NCBI GenBank assembly: GCA_032718475.1
Contig: JAUCBJ010001839.1
Span: forward strand, 1-64,000
DNA length: 64,000 bases
Reading direction: 5' to 3'
Source of the DNA: Nemertoderma westbladi
Lineage: Eukaryota; Animalia; Xenacoelomorpha
The notes below the pieces were generated by a model. It saw only the letters and a list, made by a program, of their open reading frames with translations, was not told the origin of the DNA and made no database searches. The position numbers were made by a program, and so were the translations under genes. Shown piece by piece: positions 12,701 to 24,700 of the stretch (the stretch's first letter is position 1; each line of letters starts with the position of its first letter).

Positions 12701-15700
12701 TATTATCTGATGATACAAACATGAATTAATTATTTCAAAATGGTCTTAAGTCTTCCTTCCACCACGCCGGGGTCTGGTGGCGATAACCCCCAAGAAAATA
12801 AGCGGGGGTTTGGGGGCGGCAGCCCCCAACAAAAGAAGCTGGGGCGGCAGTCCCCAATTAAAAGAGAAACAAACAAAATTTGATTATAAAAATATTTCTT
12901 TTATAATTTTGAAAAAACTTGTCTAGATACAACTTGTCCTGTAACCATCTTTAACTTTTGTTTATTGCTTTGATGCACCCAGATTAATTTTAACACTTTA
13001 ACTGGGGGGGAAGTGTCCGGGGGGCAAGTGTCCGGGGGGGGGGTGTCCGGGGGGGGGGGGAGTGTCCTACTTGGGCGGGGGGGAAGTGTCCGGGGAGGGG
13101 GGGGGGGGGGGGGGGGGGGGACTGTCCGGGGGGGAAGTGTCCTAGATCCAAGTATATTACTTGCCAAATTGATTACTATCTCACTCTAACCCAGACAGTA
13201 ATCAAACATCAACTGTTAAGTTTGTATAATGTATTACCCCACCAGATGAATAACTCTTCCCAGTGAATCCTATGACAATAATCTATAAGGTTACTCACTG
13301 CTATGTTAGATGGGAGGCCATTGAATTGTAAGCACTGGGCCGTTTAAATGGTTTATAGGTTGATGATAATGAATGATAAGGGACCCAACTAACACTACGT
13401 TTGTCTATATGGACGGTCTCCTTATAGCCACCTGGCTGGCTTTTCTAGTTGAATCATATTATTCTGCAACCAAATAATTTACTCTTCTAGACGAATTTGT
13501 GCGTTTTTTTGCCGGACTAACAAATTTTGGCGACGTTCTGTGCGAGATTGGCGATATTTGAAAAGATTCTGAGGCACAAATATGTTGCTCAAGTGACTGA
13601 ATAGCCCAAAAAAAAAGTTGGTGCATACTCGACGAGTTGAAATCGGTGAAATTCGACATTAAATTTTCAAACCGCTATTTTTCAGTGATCCCGTGATCGA
13701 AACGCCACAAAAATATACAGTCTTGTGCGCAACCAAAATTTATGTAGAGTTTGTTATTTAAATTGTTGCGTACCTGCTTGAGTTTTTGAGATATTGGATG
13801 GTTATACACACATAACCAGATAACCACATCGTGTTTTTGAACGGCTCAACTCTTGACAAAAACTACCCTGGCCTATTTATTAATAGGCAGGTTCGTTATT
13901 ATCAAGCACGTTAAGTAAAAAACCATACCGGTAGGTGTGTTAGTACTAAAGTATGTAAAATACTAAATGCAAGACTGGCCGCAATGGGTGTCTAGCAATT
14001 AGCGGTGAGCCCAATACACGTTGGCTGACTGACTGGCGTGAATTGTTTAAACATTTCAAAGTAATTGCTAGACACCCATTGCGGCCAGTCTTGCAAAAGC
14101 TTGAAATGTATTATATTCAAACACGCAAGCCCGCTATCAACAAGCAGTAACGTGATTGGCGTAAGTTTGTGGTGCTGCTTCCCAGTGGCTAGTTACCTAC
14201 AGACCTCTCTCTTCATTCAATACTCGTTCTGTCTCCCTTTGTGAATTTCTCTCTACATTTCCTGGCTTGGCCTCCTGAGAATGCCTTCAGCTGCGGGGCG
14301 AAACCTACCGATCAGCTGGCTGCTGATCAGCTGATCACTGATTGCATGCAACGTCTAGGTCCTGTTGCTTTTTAGTTTTTTACATACTTTGGTATTAACA
14401 CACCTACCGGTAAGGTTTTTTACTTAACGAGCTTGATAATAAATAAATATAATTATTAATTATTGGTTTTCAAACTTCTACTTCAATATATAATAATAAC
14501 AGTTCTAACTAAAATTAATCTATAATTTAAACTATTTAACTATTATAATGGAGAATTTATTATTGCTGTATTTTTTGACGATTTAAATTTTTTGCAAATA
14601 ACATGCAAATAATTTCTACAGGTATTTCAAAACACTCTATTGATATAATACAATTTTTGAAGATCCTACAAATTTTTGATAAAGTCCGTTCCTCATATGT
14701 TACTTCGTAATATTGACATTTTTTTATTAATAAAATAACCACACAACTCGCAAACTACTGCACTGCCCTGGGGCGCTGTCGTATTGCAGTGTTCCATAGG
14801 GTGTGGCCCTATAATCGTGATACTTTACATAAAAGTATCATGTGAAAAGTTATATCTAACCATCGCAGTTGACCCCATCACCCTCGTAACCGGTGTTACA
14901 TGTGCAATCGAAACCGGCTCCTGTCTGACTGTTTGAGCAGCTCGCATGGGTGTCACAGTTATGCGTACCCTCATCACACTCATCGTCCGCTAAAAGATAA
15001 ATAAATAAAACATAGAAAAGTTCAGAATGATTTACAAAAATAGAGTTACATCCCGTATTGGAGATGACAACTGAAAGAAACCATTTATACCGTGACTTTT
15101 GGATTTAGATATAGATATAGATTTATTTATACATTATGTAAAAACAATAACAAATACACCAAACAATGTACCGGTATAAAGGTATTGTCCAACATAACAT
15201 ATAGGATTACCCCTAAAGCTTTGCAGCTTATTTCCAAGGGGGTCCTTTATGTTACTTGGTTACAAATACAATATTACACTACGCTAACCTAAAACCAATA
15301 TAAAACGTAATTACACTATGTACATGTACAACTTTACCGAGAGCGTGACAATGCCCGACTCAACGATAAAGATGTAATGTACAGAACAATTTATTATAAA
15401 ACGTAATTACAGTATAAATAGTAAATAATTAATAAACTAATAACTTACTGTAGGACTATTGTACCTATTTTTACATTGCACACGGAGGTGAGATTTAACT
15501 GCAGATTTAAAAGAATGTTGATTATCTAGGTTTTTAATTTCATTAGGCAGAGCGTTCCAATTTTTAATGCCGTTAAAAAAGAAAGTATCAGATTCAAAGG
15601 ATTTACAATTCGGGAGGTAGAAGTTTGAAGCACTAGCTCTGGTACTGTAAGAGTGTGTATCGCGTACTCTGTTGAATTTTTGTTTTAGGTAATTGGGACA

Positions 15701-18700
15701 TTTACCATTATACACTTTATGCACATGGTTAAGGCGTAGCTGCTTAACTCTACTATCTAAGTTAAGTAGTCCAGATTCAGAAAAGTCATCTGGAGTTAGG
15801 TGGTGCCTAGGTTTGTAGTCTTTAATAAATCGTACTACTTTATTCTGAGCTACTTGTAATTTACATTTAAGCTGTTTGGTTAAGCCTTCATACCAAGAAG
15901 AGCATGCATAGTCCATGTGACACTGTATTAAAGAAGAGCAAAGTAACTTGCGGGAGTCGGTGTTTAAACTATTTTTATTTCTGTATAGAAACCTAAGCCT
16001 ACTGTTAACTTTCGAAAAAATATTTTTCACTGTGCTTTCTCCTGATAAGCAGTTATCCAATGTGGCGCCTAAATATTTAACTTCCTTTTTATTTTCAATC
16101 TTATGTCCATTACTAGTGACTTCAAACTTAGTTACCTTCTTTAACTTTCTTTTGGAACCAAACAAAATACTTTCAGTCTTACCGTAGTGAATGGATAGCT
16201 TATTAGCAACCAACCACTCATTACAGGATTCTAGAATTGCATTTAACTTTTGGGAAATATGGATAGGATCTTTATGAGAGAAAATAAGAGCACTGTCGTC
16301 GGCATATAAAATGAGTTTAAAATCGGGATCTATACTACTTATCATATCATTTACATAGCATACAAAAAGCAGAGGACCTAATATACTACCTTGTGGTACA
16401 CCACAGGTAATCTCTTGTACAGTAGACTGTGATTTGCTAATGACTACAGTTTGACCTCTGTCTGACAGGTAGGACTTGAACCAGTCTATAGAACCTACAC
16501 CCATCAGGCCTAACTTACCAAGCAGAATTTCATGATCTACAGTATCGAAAGCCTTTTGTAGGTCCAACATTACCATACCGGTATATAAACCCTTTGCGTT
16601 ATTACATCTAATTGTATCAGTTAAGTTAATAAGGCAGGTGTCTGTAGAATATGATTTACGAAAACCGGACTGAAGTTCATAGATCAGATTTAGCCTACTA
16701 AGATGTGCTTCCAGCTGTAGAAAAACAGAACGTTCTAGAATTTTAGATACAATACTTAGATACTAACAGGTCTGTAATTACAGGGTTCTACTTTACTATT
16801 CTTTTTATACAGAGGGACAACCTTAGCTAATTTCAGTTCGTCTGGTACTACATTATCTACGATAGAGTAATTAATAATAAAAGTAATAGGCACTTTAAGT
16901 ACTTCAGCACCATCCTTAAGAAAACGGGCAGGTATTAGGTCTAGACCGGTACTTTTTGAGGCTGATAGGCTAAGTAGATTTTGAAAAACGAAATCCTCAG
17001 AAACGGGTTTTAAAAATAACTTATCTGAATTTTGTAACTTTTCTAAATAAAAATTATTTAGAGTTTCGGACCCTATACTATATTTATTACTTAATAACGG
17101 TAACTTCTTAACTAAATTAGAGGCAACATTAGTAAAATAATTATTAAATAAATTACTAACTAGAGTATGATCATGAATCAGCTCACCGTTATCTTGCAGA
17201 ACAATATTCGATTTAGATTTAAGGTTTTTATAACCTAAAGATTTTAGGGTAGACCATAGACTTTTAGGATTATCTTTATTCTCACTTATTTTGTTGTACA
17301 AATATTCAGATTTAGCTTTTTTTATTTCCCGTTGGACAAGGTTTCTATATTTGCAGTAATTATTATAATCAGCTAAAACACGGTATTTCCTAAATTTATA
17401 CAAATAGTTATCTCTTTCTCTGATATTACTAAGAATACCCGAGGTCATCCAGGGCTCAGTGCGTTGTTTAAGACTAATTTCTTTAATTTGTGCTACAGTA
17501 TTAAGTGCCTTTAGAAATATATCTTTAAAAACAGTGTACGCAAGGTTAATGTCAGCGGCCTTAAAACAGGGTTCCCAGTCAGAATTAACTAACAAACTTA
17601 AAAAGCGTTCCTTGCTGTAATTTTTCATAGACCTAACAGTTACTGTTTTATGATCCCCGAAAAAAGATTTTTGTGTCTTTCTTGTGCAAAAAACTATAAA
17701 ATGATCGCTTAGACCTATAGGTAAAACCCTAGATTGAGAAATAATATCGGTAATATTACAAAGGATGTGATCTAGTAAAGTAGAAGTTTTACTGGTAATT
17801 CTGGTAGAATCTCGAATAATTTGTTTTAAACCAAACAAATTTAAAATACTTTGGTACTGTTTACAGATGGGGGATGCTTTGTGATGATATTAAAATCACC
17901 TAAGAAATATATTTCACAGTCTGACCTAAGATTACATAAAATTTTATTTTCAAAATTTTGCAAAAAATCTGATTGTTTAGGGGGCCGATATAAAGTACTG
18001 ATTAAAATAGGTTTAGTTTTAGGAAATAAAAGTTCCACCAGTAAAATTTTACTAAAATTTTAGTAAAATTTTTCACTAAATCTTCCCTACGATTAAAAGC
18101 TAAATAACATCGAATGTAAGTACATACACCACCACCGTGTCTGTCCCTATTCTTACATAAAACTACGTAATTATCAATATAAATTTCTCCATCAGAAACG
18201 CTATCATCGAGTCAAGTTTCAGAGATTGTTTTGTTAAAACTGCTGGGTTGGATTTATTGATTAAAACACGAATTTCGGCAAAAAATTTAAATGCAAAAAA
18301 TGCAGACCTTTTTTCTTAAAAAATTTAAAAGTTTCACTCTCAGCATCACTTGGAGTTTGCAGAGGCGATGTGAGAAATGAATCGTCGGTTTCTGATTCTA
18401 AAATTGTATCATGAAAGGGAAGTTCGGTAAAAATACAGCTATTGCAGAGAAAACTTGGCTCAGGATTGTTTCTGGTGGAGAATAAATTACTGCTTTTCCT
18501 ACGGTAACAATTTAAATGTATAAATGTGTCACAACTCTCGCATTGGACGATCTTACTCCGAGAGTTTGTTCCTCGTTGACAGACGGGACAGTTTATCTTC
18601 GGGGCCCGCGTCCTGATTTGTCAATGTAGGAATGCAAAGAGTTGAGATGTAATCCCAACTCTATAGTTCCATATCCGTACTATCTAATTATGAGGCTTGT

Positions 18701-21700
18701 CAGCATCTCAGCATCATTATATTGATCTAATCAATTTGTTTCACTTTTATATATAAATGTAACCCCGTAATATTTACATTATTTACTTATTCTAGAGTTA
18801 TAAATTACGTGATACTGTCAATAAATATATAGACCAACAAGATATAAATTAATTATTAAATCTAAATAAATAATTAATATTAAATTTACTTACGATTACA
18901 AATGACACCGTTTCCAGAATATCCATCTATACAGGTGCAGGTAAATCCACCTGGTATGTTAGTACAGTCGGCAAAGATGCTGCAATCGTTATCTGATGGA
19001 TCCAAACATTCGTCGTCATCTGAAAGCAAATTAATCATATTGCCTCCAAATCATTTGTCCAAAAAATGTCCATCAATTTAAACCCGGTTGTTCTAATTTC
19101 CCTATCTTTACAAAGAGTTAGCTATTGTTATTAAAATCTAGTTATATTGGTGTTGTAGTGTAGGGGTCTAAGCCACGATTCTAAGTAAAACAAATTCCTT
19201 TTATCATATGGCCATTTCGTGTATTAACACACGTCTTCAGTGACATATATTAAATTGTTTACATAATTTACATATTAAATTAGTACGTACACCACGGTTA
19301 AATTTAATTGAATAACATAAAAGCGGACAATCTATAAAATGCATGTTTTTTTTGAGAAGGGAATCATGTAAATTGAATGTGATCCAGTATGCGTTCATTG
19401 GAGTTCATTAGGAAATGGAGTAGTTTGCACAATACCAGAGATCATCTCACTCAATTTTTCACCTTCAATCATTTCATAATCTTACAATTTGTAATAAAGC
19501 TAAAATAAACACTTGTTGCGAAATACTTAAGAATGCTGGATCCTTGTGACTAACTGCACGTCCTTATCTACAATCTACGTTTGATAACAAATAAAAATAT
19601 TAGAATTTCAATTCGATGTGAGTAGTTTTAGACTACTTCAGAATTTCTTAAATAAAATAACAGTGAGCAAATAAAAACAACCGAGTGTTGCTATAGTATT
19701 CTATATACACGTACCGTCACAAGTGACCCCATCTCCAGAATAACCGGTGTGACAATTACAAGTGAATCCACCATCGTTATTGTTGCAGTCAGCGTTGGTA
19801 TCGCAGTTGTGGGTTCCGTCGCTACATTCATTATCGTCTGAAACAGAAATATAAATTCATCAAAATATTATTCTGCTTGAGAGATAGAATACATTACAAT
19901 TATAACAACTTACAGTTATTATAAAATAGATAACAATCTCACCATCACAGTTTACTCCGTCGCCATGGTAGCCGTTATTACAGTTACATTCGAAGCTTCC
20001 TGGAGTGTTGGTACAGGTCGCATCGTCATCGCAGTTATGGGAACCATCGGTACATTCATTGTCATCTGTAAACAATTGAGTAGATAGTTAGTGGGCAAAT
20101 CGGACTTCCTATTAAAACATCAGCGATAGCATGCATAGCATTATAGCATCTTCATTAAAAGTTTGCTCCTTCTAAATCCTATAGCCTATGCAGCCTTATA
20201 ACGATCAGATGTCACTACTCATGTTCTAGTATGATAGCTGCAGTAATACAGTAATGTGTTTCCCAAGTTGGTATTACTGTAATTGTATTTTATTCCCCCA
20301 CCCTAGTACTACTGATGAAACCTAAAACGCCGTTGATGGCGGTATATCAACACTCTTTTCTTGAAATTCTAGGGGACTTCAATCAATCACCTCTTTGCTT
20401 CTCAGCTAAAGTACGCCTTTGGGGTAAATCAACCATGTCATATGAAGTTATATATTTTTCAATATTCCATTGTTGCTAATAAACTGTTGGCACACAATTT
20501 CAGACGAAATCTAGGATCAAATCTATATCCACACAAACTACAATATTCATACATCGCAGAGATCACTTTCTATTTCGGAAGAAATATAAGAACCATAACA
20601 ACTGTGACATCCAATGGTTCACCGTGTGGCGCTATTATTATGCAGGGACAACTGAATATCTTACATTTTGGGGAATACCAACTTCTTATATTTCTAATGT
20701 GCTGATGTTATGCTCATTCGAACCCCAATTATCTACTTTGTTGTCATCAAAGTATAGTGATAAGTTCTCGAGATTTTCCATAAAAGGTGTAGGCATGCTC
20801 GAAACCCCAACTCCTACATCAATCCCATAACCAAAAGCATTATCCTAAGGTATTATTTACTGTGAGTACTGCAGTATTATGCTTGTGTTAGTTTGTGCCT
20901 ACTGTATTGTTGTGAGTTAGTTAGGTTGGTGACTGGTGAATATGTATTGCATTGTGCACGTGCTGATAGCAGTAAAGTTTAGTTATTAAAATACAGCAAT
21001 AAGTTTAATGTTTAAAATGAGTTCTAATTCTAACATTGGTAGCAGAGCGTCGGCTGATTCTGTGAAAGTTCCACCGGTATTAGATACAGCAAATTATAGC
21101 ACATGGAAGAAAGAGGTTGCTTTGTGGAAGACTGTAACGTCATTGAAACAGAATCAATTGGGTTCAGCACTAGTTTTATCGCTTACAGGAAAAGCAAAAG
21201 TTGCAGCAATGGAGATCTAGCAAGATATATTAACATCAGTTACTGGTTTTCAAGAAGTTCTCGAACTGTTGGACAAGTTGTATTTAAAAAGTGAGGATGA
21301 AAGGGCGTTCGAAGCCTACGAGAATTTTGAGAGCTATTTGCGTAAACCGAATGAAAAACTGGATGACTATTTGATTCAGTTTGACAATCTGTATGCAAAA
21401 GTTCGAGGACATAACATGCACTTACCACAGGGTGTTCTGGCGTATCGCCTTTTGAAGGGTTGTAATCTCAAGAAACCAATGGAACAACTCGTGAGGGCTA
21501 CGGTAAATAGGTTCACTTACGATGCGATGCGTGAAACTTTAAAGCGTTTGGCGAATCAACGAACAAAAACGCCGGTGGAAGTTGGTGACTCTATTATTAA
21601 ACTCGAAGAAGTTAATGAAGCGGTTGGTGGCGATGAACACTTGGATATGTCGGAAGTTTTTTATGGGCAATCGGGATATCGTCGAGGAGGATTTAGCCAG

Positions 21701-24700
21701 CAGTACGGTGGTGGTGGGTCCGGATATTTTCGCGGAGCAGTTGGGGGAATTCCACGTAATAGATTTGGCCGTCCAACTGGTCAGTTTAATACCAACAGTC
21801 AGATGCGTGGTGGGGGAGTAGCTGGTTCATTTCGGCAGTGGAATGTTCCTGGACGGCAGTTTGGTGGTAGTAATAACACAGCTTCGTCAACAAATCGTCT
21901 TTCAGGGAATGGAAACTTTGATCCTGGTTGTTTTGTGTGTGGTTCAAGGTTTCATTTAAGGAGAGATTGTCCAGAAGTTACATGGGTTTATAATACAGAG
22001 GTAGATGATGGTGAGTACGAGCACGAGGAGGTTCACATTACTTTGTTTACTGGGGAGGAGAAAGAAGATTTTGTAGCTGAGGAATTGGGATTTGCGATAT
22101 TGGATTCTGGTTGCAGTCGTACTGTGTGTGGTACAACTTGGTACAGCTGCTACTTGGATAGTCTAACATCTGAGCAGAGAGAACGCATTGTTAAAAAGGA
22201 TTCTTCAGTACGATTTCGATTTGGTTCTGGAGAATCAGTAGCTTTGATAAAAAATGTAAAAATTCCAGCATGTATCGCAAATGAAAATATATTCATTTCT
22301 ACAGAAGTCGTGAATTGTGATATTGCAAACAATGCAAAAGGCTCGCACACATATGAATTTTGAAAAGGGAACAATCACCATGTTGGGTAAAGAAATCACT
22401 CCAGTTCGGAATAGAGCAGGGCATTTTTGTATACATATTGCACCTAATTGTTCTTCAAATGTGGCATATTTTCTCGAACAAATATCAAATGTGAATTCTG
22501 ATGTTAAACATATTGCATTGAAGCTGCATAGACAGTTTGCACATGCAGACACAAAACGTATTATCACTTTACTCAAGCGTTCGGAATTAGAACAAGCCTT
22601 ACATTATGTGAGAGATAATTGTGAAGTTTGTAAGCGAATCCATAGAGCACCACCTCGACCTGTTGTTTGTCAACCATTAGCAACAACATTCAATGAAGGA
22701 TTAGCTATTGATCTAAAATTTATAATTGGTCATCCTATTTTACATATGGTGGATTTAGCAACACGTTACCGTGCAGCTGAATCTGTTATTCAAGGGATGT
22801 TTACTGGATGGATTTCAAATTTTGGTGTTCCAAATAAAGTCTTGGCTGACAACGGTGGAGAATTTTATAATGACGAATTTGTTAGTATGGCTGATAACTG
22901 TAATATTGAGATATTACCAACTGCGGCAGAATCCCCTTTCAGTAATGGAGTCTGTGAACGTCAGAATGCAGTATTGGGTGATGATGTACTTAAAATATTG
23001 CAAGATTGTCATGTAAATCTCAATATTGCTGTTGCTTGGGCTGTTGCTGCACGAAACAGTTTGACTAATGTGCATGATTTCTCACCGAGCCAGGTTGCTA
23101 AAAATTCCAATTTTAGAGAATAGTTCTCTAGCTGCTTTGGAGGGTAAGACAACGAGTGAGGTAGTGGCAGACAACCTAAATGCGATGCATGTGGCCCGTA
23201 GACAATTTATTGCAAATGAGTCTAGTAGCAGATTACGCCGTGCACATAAGCATAATGTTAGAGCGGTCGAGTTTCAGTGTGAAAATGGGGATCGTGTATT
23301 TTACAAGCGAGAAGGTCACAAAGAATGGAAGGGACCTGGAGTTGTGATAGGTTCTGAGGGTCAAAGTGTTTATGCGAGACATTGTGGGTTTATAGTTCGA
23401 GTACATCAAACTCGAATTTGCTTAGTCAATAATTCAAATGAACCATTGACAAGTGATGTACATGACAGTGTTGTTAAAAATAATGGCGATGGAAGCATTG
23501 TCCGAAACTCTAATAATGGTGATGTTGTGCGAAGATCTGTTGATGATAGTGATGATGATGACAATGATATCGGCAATGCCAATGATCATAATGACATGAC
23601 GTTGCCTACTAATAATAGTTCAAATGAAACCGAAAGTGGAAAACAACCATGGGTGTCTATTGTTGCAAATAGTAATGTTAAAGCTGGGCAATGTATTAAA
23701 TACACCGATTCTGATAATGTTATTTGTGGAAGAATATTAAGTCGAGCTGGTAAGGCAAGTGGTAAATATAGGAACTGTTGGAATATTGAATTGCCTAGTG
23801 GTAAATCTTGGGTGAATCTAGATGAAGTTTCGGATTATGAAATTGTTCCTGATGATGAAGAGGTAATGATTATGGTAAATTCAGGATTGAAAGATGCTAA
23901 AGAAAAGGAGTTAAGTACATGGAAGGAACAAGGTGTTGTGAAAGTTGTTCCATATTCTGGTCAGTCTCTTGTGTCTACACGCTGGGTCATTACAGAGAAA
24001 GTTGTTAATGGCAATGATGTTGTCAAAGCCCGCCTTGTAGTTCGGGGATTTGAAGAACAGTTTGGTGGTCGAACAGATTCGCCTACATGTAATAAAGATA
24101 ATAATCGTCTCGTGTTGTTTCTGATTTCATCATACGGTTGGACAATAAATAGTCTAGACATTAAGTGTGCTTTCTTACAGGGTTTCACCATCGATCGTGA
24201 AATATTCGTGAAGCCACCACCAGAGGCTATGGTAGATGGAGTTTGGCAGTTAATGAAAACTGTGTATGGTCTAAATGATGCCCCACGAGCATGGTATATG
24301 AAACTTCGGGGGACCTTAACGAATTTAGGATTGACTGCTTGTCCCGAGGATCCAGCTTTGTTTTATTATAAGAAAGATGGAGAAATTCAGGGGTTGTTAT
24401 GCATTCATGTTGATGATATCCTGTGGGGAGGTAACTCATACTTCAAGAACAATATTGTTGCGAAAATATGTAGTATATTTGAAATTCGTTCCACAGCAGC
24501 ACTGGCTTTTAAATATCTTGGTATTGATGTAAAACAAACCGATCATGAAATTGAAATTAGTCAATTTCGATACGCTCAGCTTCTAACAGAGCTTCCAATC
24601 TCGCAATATGCTGAAGTTGATAGACCATTAACATCCAATGAAATCTCTGATTATCGAACACGAGTAGGAGCTATATCATGGCTTGCCAATCAAAGTCGCC

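Larger units (their letters stand above)
11761..14456. mobile_element. MITE with about 90-bp TIRs; left TIR split by later insertions
   Basis: 11761-11777 plus 13899-13967 is the near reverse complement of about 14370-14456; taa on both flanks; absent from the paralogous intron near 7010. Confidence 0.7.
15107..18614 (-). mobile_element. 5'-truncated CR1/L2-group LINE with frameshifted PHD-APE-RT ORF2
   Basis: RT motifs [30 protein letters not shown]; APE motifs YRPP, GDFN, LDHI, SDH; PHD-like CPVC..CESC..HLNC..CNSC at about 18435-18595; (tctata)n tail; gattt direct repeat at 15102-15106 and 18615-18619; empty site near 9635. Confidence 0.92.

Noticed and set aside
11842-13167. Pro-rich PPGHFPP / PPRTLPP ORFs
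   Set aside because: Translations of C/G-tract subterminal repeats of a DNA transposon.
11746-14499. 15-bp direct repeat aatatataataataa as a TSD of the whole nested block
   Set aside because: Low complexity, and the right copy lies about 28 bp beyond the TIR; a taa TSD plus a microhomology deletion in the paralog explains it equally well.
20442-20830. ORFs conserved with 43514-43801, and 25690-25875 identical to 44130-44315
   Set aside because: Similarity is explained by recent intron duplication or antisense overlap with exon A; indels between copies break the frames.
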